In this document: in pieces, positions 32,570-42,810 of the stretch
Position numbering within the stretch: the stretch's first letter is position 1
Layout of the letters: each line of letters starts with the position of its first letter
Assembly (NCBI GenBank): GCA_963745035.1
Contig: CAVUVW010000021.1
Span: 96,001 to 160,000 of the forward strand
Length of the DNA: 64,000 nucleotides
Direction of reading: 5' to 3'
From: an uncultured delta proteobacterium
Lineage (GTDB): Bacteria; Desulfobacterota; Binatia; UBA9968
The notes under the pieces: model-generated
Databases searched by the model: none
Seen by the model: the letters and a program-made list of their open reading frames with translations, nothing else
What the model was told of the DNA's origin: nothing
Translations under genes and position numbers: made by a program

Positions 32570-32890
32570 ATGTTAACCGGTGAGTGTAATCAATGCGGCG
32601 CCTGCTGTTTCACGAAATCCGGCGCAGTCTGTGAGAATCTCGAAATTTTAATTCGGCCAGGCTTGCCCAACGCGACTCGGTGCAGGGTCTACTCTGAGCG
32701 ATACGACGGCTTGCCGATACGAATGATCGCCAAAGACGGAAGGATTTTAAGGGGCTATTACTGCGCGAAAAATTCCCCGGCCGAAGTGTCAGTGATTATC
32801 GAGATGGGGATCAAGAAAGGCGTGTGTTCGCTGACGCGTGTTGACCATGCAGATTCTAAAGGCAATCGAGTGTCAAGATGTAAGACTTGA
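32570..32890 (+). CDS. Cys-rich CxxCxxCC (YkgJ-like metal-binding) protein
   Basis: CNQCGACC...CENL...RCRVYSER. Confidence 0.6.
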   Translation: MLTGECNQCGACCFTKSGAVCENLEILIRPGLPNATRCRVYSERYDGLPIRMIAKDGRILRGYYCAKNSPAEVSVIIEMGIKKGVCSLTRVDHADSKGNRVSRCKT

Positions 32891-32932
32891 CTCTACTGCT
32901 CTCTGCGAACGGCGATTCGAACAGGTGGTAAC

Positions 32933-33992
32933 TTGTTGCTGTTGACCAACGACGACGTGGAACAGGTCTTAACGATGGCCGACTGCGTCGATGTGTTGCG
33001 CCGTTTCTTTGAAGAGGAAGGCAAAGGCCAGGTGTTGACGCGGCAGCGCACGGAAAGCTGGCTGCCCCACCTCACGACCGATACTTTTTATCAGTGCAAG
33101 ACGATGGAAGGGGGAGTTCCTTACATCGGCAAGTACGTCATTCGAATCGATTCCAACGTAACCAGGAAAAAGCAGCAGGGTCAGTCGAGCCGCGTCGAGC
33201 ATGTTCCCTTCGGCAACGGGAGCTGGATGGGCATGTTGCTTGTTTTCTCTACCGAGACGGGCGAGCTGCTTGGCTGGATGCCCGACGGCTATCTACAGCG
33301 CACCCGCGTGGGTGCGTTGTATGCGCTCGCCGCCGATTACCTGGCGCGCCCGGATGCCGAAGAAGTCGGGCTGATCGGCTCAGGCTGGCAGGCCGGCGGG
33401 CAAATTCTCGGATTGCGCTGCGTGCGGAACATCAAGAAGGTTCGGGTTTTTAGTTCCAATGCCGATCGCCGCAATCGATTCGCCGACGAGTTGCAGGCGA
33501 GCTTGGGCATCGAAGTGCGTCCTGTCGTTGCCGCGCGGGATGCGTTCGCCAAAGCGGACATCGTCGCACTGGCGACCAACGCCAACGAGAAGGTCATGGA
33601 GTCGCTTTGGGTCGAGCCCGGGCAGCACCTGAGCTCCGTGCGCTTTCTCGAGCTCGACCCTCGCTCGTACGCAAGACTGCGACCGCGTGGTGGTCAACCG
33701 CGCCGAGCCGTGGATTCAAAATTATCATCTCGGCGAACTCTGTCCGCAGGATATCCGGGATGCCAAGGTCCCGCCCGCGCCGCCGGGCGCGATCGAGGCC
33801 CGCGAATTTTTCCGCCAGCGGATCAAAAGGACCGGAGCGCGCGAGAAGACCTTGTTTCCCAACGAAGCGAGCAATTACCAACTCGGCGGGCAGTTCGCCG
33901 CGGTGGCCGGCTTCGTCCTCGATCGGGCACGCGAAAAAGGATTGGGCCGCGACTTACCTTCGGAATGGTTTGCTCAAACACTGCTGCCGTGA
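32933..33992 (+). CDS. Ornithine cyclodeaminase/mu-crystallin family protein; frameshift near 33670
   Basis: LLLTNDDVEQVL, RTRVGA, GLIGSGWQA, ADIVALATN; C-terminus ARE.GLGRDLPSEWF is in a second frame. Confidence 0.85.
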
Positions 33993-34196
33993 CGCGGAAG
34001 CGGCGATTAAGAAGGACGATTGAATTGTTCGACTTCAAGATCGATAGCCCTGAAAGTGTCGCCTTGTCAGTTCTGTGAGGTTGTCGGGAAGTGAAACTCT
34101 GACTCGGATTTCTTCCCCAAAGGCGGGTCAACATGCGTTGCTGCGAGCATACGGCCGCGATACTCTGCATTGGCAGAAGGAGATCAGAAGTGCCCT

Positions 34197-35039
34197 ATGG
34201 CTTCACTGGTGATAGATTTCGATAAACTTGCTGATATCGGGGTAAAAGGTGTGCGCCGGGCGGCGGTTTTCATGGGCCTTGGATTAAACGCAGCACATGA
34301 TCCCGCCTTCAAAAAATACGAGCTGAGCAGCATTCAAAATATTGAACCGAGCACGATCCACATGGAATTGATTCCTGCTAATGTAAACGAGGAAACCTTG
34401 AGCCATTTCAAACGTGAATTCGGGACATGGATAATAACAAACGGATTGAGGGAGATAATCGAGCGATTTGCAGTTTACCTAGATGGTGTTAACCATGCAT
34501 GCCAGTGGATTGCTATAAATAAGCAAAACCTTCAATCGGACGACGCGGAAAGGCTGGATAAAAGTTTTCGCTTTAAGGGCATCGTCGATAAGCTACGTGA
34601 TCTTGAAGTGCGATTTGGCATCAAACCAAATCATCCAGAATATCTCGCGAGCATAAATCAAATGCGTAACTGTTTAACGCATCGGCTAGGCAGGGTAGGC
34701 GTGGAGGACTGTAATGGATATCAGCAGTTTGAACTAAAGTGGCTCGCGATGGAGTTTCAGATCCAATTGGAATCTGGAAAGATCATTACAGCAACCGACG
34801 TCCTTGGGAAGGTGTTACCTGAGGCGGGGACACTTCAACTAAAATTTGTGGAGCGCTGCAAGCCCTTTCCTTTAGGGAGTTTTGCACGCCTTGAGATGAA
34901 CGAATTGGCGGAAATCTGTAACTTTATTCTCAACTCAATACGCGCTGTAACCACTTCGGCGATTGAGTACGCAAAGGGCCAAGGAGTTCAATTAGTGACT
35001 CAGTCGCAAGATATCCCTAGCGCTGGCCGAAAATCCTAG
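34197..35039 (+). CDS. Hypothetical protein with HEPN-like RxxxxH motif
   Basis: Low GC; INQMRNCLTHRLG after helical segments. Confidence 0.6.
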   Translation: MASLVIDFDKLADIGVKGVRRAAVFMGLGLNAAHDPAFKKYELSSIQNIEPSTIHMELIPANVNEETLSHFKREFGTWIITNGLREIIERFAVYLDGVNHACQWIAINKQNLQSDDAERLDKSFRFKGIVDKLRDLEVRFGIKPNHPEYLASINQMRNCLTHRLGRVGVEDCNGYQQFELKWLAMEFQIQLESGKIITATDVLGKVLPEAGTLQLKFVERCKPFPLGSFARLEMNELAEICNFILNSIRAVTTSAIEYAKGQGVQLVTQSQDIPSAGRKS

Positions 35040-36374
35040 CAGGCTGCTGAAAAACTGTTGTTTTGTAAATTTCTTCTACTTTGGAAAACTGCACATATGT
35101 TAGGATGGCGCCGAATATAACTTCGGAGGCGTGGATGCGGGGATTGCAAGACGGACAAACGGGCATGTGGGCTTTTGTTTCCATCGAGGAACGAATTCCG
35201 AGCGACCATCCGTTGCGGCGGATTAAGCAGATGGCCGATCAAGAGCTTAAGAAGCTCTCGGGGGTGTTTAACCGGATGTATTCCCAAGTCGGACGACCGT
35301 CGGTGGCGCCCGAGAGGATACTGAAGTCGCTGTTGTTGATCGCACTGTACTCGGTGAGGAGCGAGCGGCAATTCAGCGAGCAGTTGGGTTACAATTTGTT
35401 GTTTCGCTGGTTTTTGGACATGGAGCTTGAGGAACAGAGTTTTGACGCCACGGTGTTCAGCAAGAACCGCGATCGGTTGCTGGAGCATGAGGTGGGCCGA
35501 TTGTTTTTCGACGCGGTGGTGAGACAAGCCCGAGCGGGCGGGCTGATGAGCGATGATCATTTCACCGTGGACGGGACTTTGATTGAGGCCTGGGCGAGCC
35601 TTAAGAGTTTTCGGCCCAAGGGAGAAGATCGGTCGGGAGATAACGATCAAGGCGATGGAGGCAACCGCTGGGTGGACTTTCATGGCGAGAAGCGAAGTAA
35701 CGAGACCCATGAGTCCAAGACTGATCCCGAGAGTCTGCTGATACGCAAGGGGCCGGGAAAAGAAGCGAAGCTTTGTTACGGGGCGCATGCCTTGATGGAG
35801 AACCGAAACGGCTTGTTGATCGATCTGATGGTCAGTCAGGCCACGGGCAGCGCTGAGCGGGAAGCCGCCAAGGACATGATCGAGCGTCAGCGGCGCAAAG
35901 GGGTGAAGGTAAAAAGTCTGGGAGCCGACAAGGGGTATGACACCGAGGACTTTGTCGGGTTTTTGCGCGGGCGAAAGATCCTCCCGCATGTGGCGGCCAA
36001 AAAGCGCGGTTCTGCCATCGATGGCAGAACGACTCGGCATCGGAGCTATAGCATCAGTCAACGGATACGAAAGAGAATCGAAGAGATCTTCGGTTGGGTG
36101 AAGACGGTGGGAGGGTTTAGGAAAACGCGTTTTCGGGGAACCGAAAAAACGCAATTGGCGGCGTGGTGGGTGGGAGCGGCGTATAACCTGGTGCGTATGG
36201 CGAAGTTGGCGGCCTAGGCGGTCTGCCAAAGGGGCAAAATAGATGCAGCGAGAGCTGAAAATCGCCTCTGTAGAGCAATCGACACTCATGTTTTCACTCT
36301 CTGCACTACTACACCGAAAAATTCTCTCTCTACGACGAAATCTATTCTTTTAAAGTGCCTTTTTCAGCAACCTG
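35040..36374 (+). mobile_element. IS5-family insertion sequence (1335 bp) with CTAG target duplication
   Basis: TIRs CAGGCTGCTGAAAAA / TTTTTCAGCAACCTG; CTAG at 35036-35039 and 36375-36378. Confidence 0.93.
35135..36217 (+). CDS. IS5-family DDE transposase
   Basis: IPSDHPLR, GRPSVAPE, YSVRSER, FTVDGTLIEAWAS, LGADKGYD, RKRIEEIFGW. Confidence 0.95.
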   Translation: MRGLQDGQTGMWAFVSIEERIPSDHPLRRIKQMADQELKKLSGVFNRMYSQVGRPSVAPERILKSLLLIALYSVRSERQFSEQLGYNLLFRWFLDMELEEQSFDATVFSKNRDRLLEHEVGRLFFDAVVRQARAGGLMSDDHFTVDGTLIEAWASLKSFRPKGEDRSGDNDQGDGGNRWVDFHGEKRSNETHESKTDPESLLIRKGPGKEAKLCYGAHALMENRNGLLIDLMVSQATGSAEREAAKDMIERQRRKGVKVKSLGADKGYDTEDFVGFLRGRKILPHVAAKKRGSAIDGRTTRHRSYSISQRIRKRIEEIFGWVKTVGGFRKTRFRGTEKTQLAAWWVGAAYNLVRMAKLAA

Positions 36375-36490
36375 CTAGGGAACTCGACGGATTCGATGGC
36401 AAGCAAGAAATCTTCTTCCAGGAGACTCCGCCTGCAAGCGGTGCTCGGAATTGAAGTACTGACCGACTTTTGCCGAGGCTACAAAAAATA

Positions 36491-36607
36491 AATGATATTG
36501 GTTGGCTCTGGTGACTCGCGAAGTAAGCGGCAGGCGAAAATTTACGGTGCCCGTCAAGGAATTGTCAATTGCGCTAGTGCTCGCATATCCAATATCACTG
36601 GTCTTGT
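36491..36607 (-). promoter_or_regulatory. Truncated copy of attI/promoter module (copy 3; no core site)
   Basis: Minus-strand TTGACA-18-TAAATT; inverted boxes ATGATATTGG / CCAATATCAC; similar to 43652-43724. Confidence 0.6.
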
Positions 36608-36817
36608 GAGGACAAATCCAACATCCACTGGATTCAGGACTACGTTATCCAGGTGGGACAAAGCTCAATCGATGAACGGCAAGAATGCCTCGGCGATACC
36701 GACGAGATCATCATCCTGCAGCGCAAGATCTGGGAGCGGGAGATCAAAGCGCTCACGGATGGCAAAACGCTAAAGCACTGGGAACGGTCGCCGAGGCTCG
36801 CGGAAATGAGCTCTTAG
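36608..36817 (+). pseudogene. 3' fragment of a Rieske oxygenase large subunit
   Basis: Translates EDKSNIHWIQDYVIQVGQSSIDERQECLGDTDEIIILQRKIWEREIKALTDGKTLKHW...*. Confidence 0.6.
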
Positions 36818-36825
36818 GCTAGTTC

Positions 36826-36957
36826 GGTGCCGCGCCGCTGCCGACTGCTGTTCAGTTCCTTCAACCGATCCCTCTTCTGGCTCTACTCACTGCGGAGATC
36901 ACTGCGTAAAGAGCTCAAAGAAAAGAAAGTCGGCGTGTCGAGCATCGGCTCGGGACG
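36826..36957 (+). pseudogene. Degraded internal fragment of the SBP gene at 43861
   Basis: LLFSSFNRSLFWLYS...KELK.KKVGVSSIGSG matches ~44125-44255, with indels. Confidence 0.85.
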
Positions 36958-37036
36958 GAGCCGTACCTCAGTATCAGTAGTGTCACTGAACGGGCCAGTC
37001 TGGGTAGTTGCCAGTCACATTCCAGTGGCATCCGCG

Positions 37037-38024
37037 TTAGTCTCGTGCTGAATACCAGTCCAACACTCGTAAGGCGCGCAGGGTGTTCCACCGGCTCGGT
37101 CGGCCCTCGCCCTCGTCTATCTCGACCGGCATCTTGCCCGGGTAACGGGTCTCGAGCTGCCACCTGCCATCGTCGTCGCGCTTCGACGCGACCAGGCCGA
37201 TCGCCTCGGCTACGCGGTCGTCGGGCGCAACGCCGGCGCGGCGCAGGTACTCGAGCCCCCGCAGCACGTCGTAATGCCACCACGTCGGGAAGGCGAAGCG
37301 CGTCCACGCGGCGTTGCTCTTGCGATCTCGCTCGATCACCTCGCCGGTCGATCTTCCGGCGGAAGAGGCGGCGCTCGATGAGGTACTCCTGCCCGCGGAG
37401 ACGGGCCCCGGTCACCGCTGGGCTGCCGCCGACGGCCCGTTCGTATTCGAGCAGGGCTTCGAGCACGCAGATCGTGGTGTTGAACGACGACCGCGTCGAG
37501 CCGTTGGCGGCCTCGCAGTTCCAGCCGCCGTCGGGCAGCTGCTCGATGAGCAGCCGGTCGACGATGCTCCGGACGTCCTGACCGAAGTAGGCGCCGACCG
37601 CTGCGACCTGCCCGTTGATGCAGGGCTCGACCTCGCCTTCAAAGAAGGCATTGCCGTCACATTCCTGCGGGCCACACCCTCGCCACGTCACTCGCTCGCG
37701 GACGAGGCCCACCGCGCGCCGTGCCGCGTCGCTCGCGGGATCGAGACCCATGTCCCGCAGCAGCATCAGCGCGTGCATCGTGGAGTTCCACCCGTGGTTC
37801 CACGCCGCGCCGCCCCATCGCCCGTCGGGCGCCTGGAGGGCGAGCAACCGCGCACCCGCACCCTCGGTGGCGACCCGCGTGCGCTCGGCCGCGACCTCGT
37901 CCGCGGGCGCACCTATCAGGTCCCGCATCACCTGCCAGCGGATCGAAGAGTCAGAATCAAGCAGCCAGCGTATGACCGATCTCTTTGACGTCGAGACTTG
38001 CCGTTTGGCTGGATTAGTCGGCAT
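37037..38024 (-). CDS. Prenyltransferase/squalene-cyclase-like alpha-barrel protein (cassette); frameshift near 37350
   Basis: WLLDSD.SIRWQVMRDL, Q.PDG.W repeats, EPCING, FPTWWHYDVLRGL, PSRWNTLRALRVL. Confidence 0.8.
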
Positions 38025-38039
38025 ATTACGCTGTTGGTG

Positions 38040-38092
38040 GCCTAACGCGAGCGCTCAGCCGCGCGGCGTCCGGCTGCAGCGCGTTGTTAGGC
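38040..38092 (-). mobile_element. attC site (53 bp, intact)
   Basis: Minus strand GCCTAAC-AACGC-GCTGCAGC...GCTGAGC-GCTCGC-GTTAGGC. Confidence 0.9.
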
Positions 38093-38217
38093 GCCCAGCC
38101 ATCGCCAGTCCACAACATTGCAACGACCTGCCGAGTGTCCACCGTGCATCGAGCCAAATCCTGAGGCTCGAGTAGTCCGTCACCAACGATAATCGTGAGT
38201 TGATTCATCGCCCGTGA

Positions 38218-38967
38218 TCAGCGTGAGTTCCCTCCGCGCCACAGTGCGAGCAGCAAATCGTTTAGAGGTCGTCCGGTGAACTGGACCTCGTGGCCCGCGC
38301 CGCCGGCCACCGCCCGCGACGCGCCGATGCGTTCAGCAAGGTCGTCGCATATCGCGTCGAACCCGGCGCTGTGTCCACCTGATACGACAAGTTTTGGGAA
38401 AGTAGCCGCCGCCAGCTCGGCCAGCGGGAGGTCGCCCTGCCAGATCGGTCGCCCATGGCGCAACACGGGCACCAGAGGCACGGCGGCTGTGATCAGCTCG
38501 GGGGGAAGCGCGTCGGGATCACTCCCCACCGCCTTCAAAAAGCGGATGACCCAATCTTCATCGGGGAGGTTCTGACCCCAGAGGCCGCGCACTTCGTCCA
38601 CAAGAGCCCGCGCGGCCGGATGGGCTTGGCCTAACGCGAATGCCCCTGGTTCCAGCAACGCTACGGATAGCGTCGCGTCCGGACGGCGGGCCGCGGCGAA
38701 GAGCACGCCGAGGCCCCCGTAAGAATGACCCACGAGGTGCGCACTATCGTCCATGAGCTCGGCGATGTCGTCGGCATCGCGTAAGAAATCCTCACCTTCC
38801 GCGACGGGGCTTTTCCCATAGCCACGCCGGTCTGGCACCAAGAGGCGAAAGCCCTCATCGGCGAGCGGTCGCTGCGCCTGCCACTCCTCGCCTCCCGTCG
38901 CGAGCGAGCCGTGCACGAGCACCACGCGCGTGCCGGTGCCCCAGGAATCTACGAAGAGGTCGCTCAT
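38218..38967 (-). CDS. Alpha/beta hydrolase (cassette)
   Basis: VVLVHGS, DRRGYGKS, GHSYGG nucleophile elbow, GAGH. Confidence 0.9.
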   Translation of the reverse strand: MSDLFVDSWGTGTRVVLVHGSLATGGEEWQAQRPLADEGFRLLVPDRRGYGKSPVAEGEDFLRDADDIAELMDDSAHLVGHSYGGLGVLFAAARRPDATLSVALLEPGAFALGQAHPAARALVDEVRGLWGQNLPDEDWVIRFLKAVGSDPDALPPELITAAVPLVPVLRHGRPIWQGDLPLAELAAATFPKLVVSGGHSAGFDAICDDLAERIGASRAVAGGAGHEVQFTGRPLNDLLLALWRGGNSR

Positions 38968-39096
38968 TTGCGCGTGCCTGGCGTAGACGACCACAAGATA
39001 GGCAGAACGCTCGCCGGATGCATGGCGAGATTCATGCCGCCCCATTCACGCGTCATGCACATGAGTTGCTCCACCAATCTAACTTTCTGTTTCGTT

Positions 39097-39189
39097 GACT
39101 AACGCCCTGCGGTTGAGCGGCCGGCCCCACGTCCTGCTCGGCCGTGACGAGCCGTTCGGCGGCCGGTTCGCTCCAATCGCGCGTTAGGC
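39097..39189 (-). mobile_element. attC site
   Basis: Minus strand GCCTAAC-GCGC-GATTGGAGC...GCTCAAC-CGCAGGGC-GTTAGTC. Confidence 0.8.
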
Positions 39190-39665
39190 CGCCAGCGAGT
39201 GTGCTCGCCGAGCGCCTGATCGAGGGCCTTCGTGAGGACACCGACATCGAACCTTCGCAGCGCGCGGCGAGAACGCTGCTGTGCTGCTCTGGATGGCCAC
39301 TTGGGCCCGAACAGCCGGACTGCGGTGTACATCAAAAATGCGCGCTCTTCAGATACGCCGTCGCAGAGCATCGCGTCGTAGAACATGCGATGGACTTCCT
39401 CGTGCGGCTTGGCTTTGTCCTGGCAGGCAACGTCATGCACGACGGTCGCGCGCCGATAATCACCAATATATGGCGTACCGACGATCTTGGACCACAGGAC
39501 CTCCGGAATACTTGCCCCGTTTATAATTCGGCCTGCAGGTGCATCCCACCGGACTCCTCGGGAGTCGATGAAAGCGAAATCGCTCAACAGCTGCATATCG
39601 CGATCCTCGTCTTCGTGGCGACGCCACTGTGTATCCACCTGCCCTTCGAATTGGGGAACGTTCAT
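39099..39665 (-). CDS. DUF1353-family protein (cassette; reads into attC)
   Basis: APAG..INGASIP, Y.RATVVHD, MFYDAM, MY.AVRLFG. Confidence 0.8.
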   Translation of the reverse strand: MNVPQFEGQVDTQWRRHEDEDRDMQLLSDFAFIDSRGVRWDAPAGRIINGASIPEVLWSKIVGTPYIGDYRRATVVHDVACQDKAKPHEEVHRMFYDAMLCDGVSEERAFLMYTAVRLFGPKWPSRAAQQRSRRALRRFDVGVLTKALDQALGEHTRWRPNARLERTGRRTARHGRAGRGAGRSTAGR

Positions 39666-39703
39666 ATTCGTCTCCTTTGGACCTGGGTGGTTGCCCTGTA
39701 GCG

Positions 39704-39804
39704 GACTATCGCCATGCCGCTCAGCCGCGAGCGGCGATCACTAAGACCCATGAGTCAGCCTGATACCAGCCGCGCCGCTCGTCGGCTGCAGCGGCGTGTT
39801 AGAC
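39704..39804 (-). mobile_element. attC site with mutated R' (GATAGTC)
   Basis: Minus strand GTCTAAC-ACGCC-GCTGCAGCCGACGAGCGGCG...CGCCGCTCGCGGCTGAGC-GGCATGGC-GATAGTC. Confidence 0.8.
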
Positions 39805-40198
39805 CGCATGCGCAGCTGGTGCGGTAACCCACCTGCCACAGCGAGACAAACGTGCAGGCCAAGAATATCCCGTCAGCGGTCAGGTTGACCGCGCCTGAGA
39901 AATCAGAAAGGGCCAAGAGATAGATCATGGCGTAGACGATTCCACCACCCGCCACAAAGGCCAGGACGCTCCCGAGCCAGTGACGCCGAAACAGCAGAGT
40001 GGCCGCCAACAAGTAGAGAGGAATGAAGAACATATCTGGATAGATCAGCGACTCGTATGCGCCGGCCGGAAATGCGGCTGGTCGCTCCCAGGTTCCATTG
40101 AGCACCGAGAAGACTGCAAATCCCTGAAACAATCCCCAAGCGGCGAACCAACATATCGCGAACCATGCTCTTCCGATTTCAGTACGTTGATGTTGCAT
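39755..40198 (-). CDS. Small 4-TM membrane protein (first cassette after attI-like site)
   Basis: Four hydrophobic segments; bounded by GTTAGACCG / CGGTCTAAC. Confidence 0.7.
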   Translation of the reverse strand: MQHQRTEIGRAWFAICWFAAWGLFQGFAVFSVLNGTWERPAAFPAGAYESLIYPDMFFIPLYLLAATLLFRRHWLGSVLAFVAGGGIVYAMIYLLALSDFSGAVNLTADGIFLACTFVSLWQVGYRTSCACGLTRRCSRRAARLVSG

Positions 40199-40217
40199 CT
40201 TCCAAGTATCTCTGTCG

Positions 40218-40337
40218 GTCTAACTATTGAGTGAACTGATCACGTATATTGGATCTACAAAATTTACTATCGCGATGATTTACAACTTGTCAATGAAACA
40301 TTTCCGTTCGTATATCCAATATACGTGGTCAGTATAG
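40218..40337 (-). mobile_element. attI-like site with promoter (copy 1)
   Basis: Minus strand ...AATATACGTGATCAGTTCACTCAATAGTTAGAC; TTGACA at 40288-40293; 24-bp inverted arms. Confidence 0.65.
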
Positions 40338-40375
40338 TACCAATGTACCTGACATAACTTAGCGGCAGGCTTCCT

Positions 40376-41932
40376 TCACGCAAACAGGTGCGCCAGGACT
40401 TCACGATGCTTGCTCGGTTTGAAGTGCGAAGCCTCGATCCATGTGAAGCGCTCCTGCCGGCCGGAGGCGATCGCCTCTTGCGCGGCAGCGCGATCGGTCA
40501 GACTGTCCGTCAGCGCCACGACGCGTACCTCGCGCGAGGCCTGCGCGAGCGTGGTGAGCTCGTAACGACAGCCGGCGTTGTGCGCCTGAAAGCCGCGCAG
40601 ATCCATCAGCACCACGTCGCTCTGGCGCATGAGCGCCGCCAGCGCGTCCTGCCACGTCGTGTCGTGACAATAACATTCGTTGACCCGATAACGACCATCC
40701 ATGTCAGCCGCCATGTCGAACGCGGCGATGCGCCGCGCGACATCCGCGGGACTGACAACAAAGCGCTCGGCCAGTCGCCGGTCGAGAAACTGGAAGATGT
40801 CGTCGGCGTCCAGTGTGCGATCGGCGAGATCGGTTCCGGCGATCATCACCGTGTTCCCGCTCAGACGCCAGCGTTCGATGACGTGGTCGAACAGGGACTG
40901 CACCTGCTTGTCCCGCTGGAAAACTCGCAAGACCAGGAGCGTCGGCGCTCGCCCGGATCGCCGCCCGCGACGAGCAACCAACATGACTGCGGGAATCCAT
41001 AGCAGCGGCAGGTACATTGCGAACGCTGCCGCGCCTGCGGTAGTGAAAAGTGTCAGTGCGCGGTCGGTCAGCGCGAAAGCCCATACACCGGTGAATACCA
41101 CCAACAAATCGGAGAGCCACTTGCGCGAGTATGCGCGCCCGAGCGCACGCCCCAACATCCGCACCGGCCACCACGCAATGATCGAAGACAGCAACACGAA
41201 GAGCGCGAACACGATCAAGACGCCACTCCACCCCGGCAATTCTTCCAGCGGCGCGATCAAAGACTTCAGCAAAGGCGACTCGCGCTGGGCCATGTACGTC
41301 AGTGCATCGAGACCCGCGAGCCCAGACGACACCAACACCGCGGCCGGCATGAGCAACCACGGTGCGATGGCGCGGGTGGCATTGCCCAGATAGACCAGCA
41401 ACACCAGCGGCAGCGACAGCCCGCATTCGCTGGCCATCAGCGCCAGCACCCACAGCGGCCGAGGCTCGATCGAACGCCACAAGGCAACGACGAAGGACGC
41501 GCCGCCCCACAGCAACAACGTTCCGAACAAGCGCCCCCAAGACCAGCGCCAGATGAGCGCCAACGCGGGAATCATCGGCCATACGTGCAACAGCGCCATG
41601 ACAGCCACCCGTCTCGGCAGCAGAGGCTCGCCGGGAAATTGAAGCGCATACCAGATCGAGGCGCTCGTTATTGCCATCAGGCATGACAGCGCGATCAGCA
41701 GCAGGATCAGCTGCATTCCGGCGCGCCGATTGTCGGCCAGCGAAACCGGCAGCGGCAGCGGAACGTCGGGCGCCGTCTCCGCGACAGGCGCGGCCGATTC
41801 TTCGGCGTGCGGCGCACGCATCAATTGCTGCATCCGGCGTCGATATAAGCGGGCGATGAGCCAAGCCGCGACACAGGAGAGCAGCACCGACACGATCAGC
41901 ACGGCATACAGCTTACCGGCATTTGGTGTCAT
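40376..41932 (-). CDS. Multi-TM protein with C-terminal cytoplasmic alpha/beta (possibly TIR/NDT-like) domain
   Basis: About 9 hydrophobic segments, then PTLLVLRVF...DVVLMDLRGF...GCRYEL. Confidence 0.7.
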   Translation of the reverse strand: MTPNAGKLYAVLIVSVLLSCVAAWLIARLYRRRMQQLMRAPHAEESAAPVAETAPDVPLPLPVSLADNRRAGMQLILLLIALSCLMAITSASIWYALQFPGEPLLPRRVAVMALLHVWPMIPALALIWRWSWGRLFGTLLLWGGASFVVALWRSIEPRPLWVLALMASECGLSLPLVLLVYLGNATRAIAPWLLMPAAVLVSSGLAGLDALTYMAQRESPLLKSLIAPLEELPGWSGVLIVFALFVLLSSIIAWWPVRMLGRALGRAYSRKWLSDLLVVFTGVWAFALTDRALTLFTTAGAAAFAMYLPLLWIPAVMLVARRGRRSGRAPTLLVLRVFQRDKQVQSLFDHVIERWRLSGNTVMIAGTDLADRTLDADDIFQFLDRRLAERFVVSPADVARRIAAFDMAADMDGRYRVNECYCHDTTWQDALAALMRQSDVVLMDLRGFQAHNAGCRYELTTLAQASREVRVVALTDSLTDRAAAQEAIASGRQERFTWIEASHFKPSKHREVLAHLFA

Positions 41933-42027
41933 CGCGCTTTTAGTACAGGGAGTGGTTCTGGAGGCCGACTACGCCGATGCGCATCGATCCGGGGCACCAC
42001 GATATGGTCCCGGGCGCACTTCGCGGT

Positions 42028-42119
42028 GCTCAATGACCCAAGCTCAGCGACCCGCCCACGGGACGTGTGAATTGCAACCAGAGTGCGAGGGCCGGGTTCG
42101 CTGCCGCGCATGGTTGGGC
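42028..42119 (-). mobile_element. attC site with degenerate R'
   Basis: Minus strand GCCCAAC-CATGC-GCGGCAGCGAACC...GGTCGCTGAGC-TTGGGTC-ATTGAGC. Confidence 0.7.
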
Positions 42120-42159
42120 GGCTCGTAAATCAGACTCACCCGTGTGGGCCTTAACGTAG

Positions 42160-42810
42160 TCATACACCAGTTCCCATCTCGGAAAGCCGTCGGTTCGACT
42201 TAGAGTTCGTGGTGCTTGCGCGTCGAAACAGCAAAGCCGATCCGACAAACAGCATGGCGAAGAATGCATTGAGACCAAATACTCCCACTACGCCCGGTGG
42301 TTCCATGGTAATTTGAGGCTTCGCGGTAACGAGAGCAATCACAGGGACCAACATCTGAGCAATTGCCATCGTGAACAACGCGCGTGCCATTCCATGGGGT
42401 CGGAAGCGCGCGACGAGGGCACCAATGAATCCGACAGCGAGCACCCCGAAATACATCAAGTTGGGGCCTCCCGGTTTTCCGATGATGCCAACGGCAGCAT
42501 TCACCCAGACGAGGAGGAGACCTGACACAACTGCAATACCAACAGCGACTCGATACGTTGAGTTGTCCGACCTTCTCGCAACAAGCTCATACGTCAGACC
42601 AGCACCGAACAGGAGGACAAAGGCGAAAATAAAATCGTCCAGTTTCCAATTCCAACCTTGTCCATCTACTCCATCGCCTAATAGCGTCAATACCAAGGGT
42701 ATCAGCAGTAGGAGCCCTGTCCCAACCGCAATGCGCATAATGTTTTTTTGCATAAATGATGTAGGTTCGACCAAAGTGCGAAGCCGAATTATCACTGAAG
42801 GTTTGCTCAT
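42160..42810 (-). CDS. Membrane protein (cassette)
   Basis: LLLIPL...NW..DF..AFVLL..G, LVWVNAAVGIIG, six hydrophobic segments; start uncertain. Confidence 0.75.
   Translation of the reverse strand: MSKPSVIIRLRTLVEPTSFMQKNIMRIAVGTGLLLLIPLVLTLLGDGVDGQGWNWKLDDFIFAFVLLFGAGLTYELVARRSDNSTYRVAVGIAVVSGLLLVWVNAAVGIIGKPGGPNLMYFGVLAVGFIGALVARFRPHGMARALFTMAIAQMLVPVIALVTAKPQITMEPPGVVGVFGLNAFFAMLFVGSALLFRRASTTNSKSNRRLSEMGTGV

Noticed and set aside
36915-38024. Squalene-hopene cyclase (shc)
   Set aside because: Only about 330 aa, a single barrel, and no DXDD motif; called prenyltransferase-like only.
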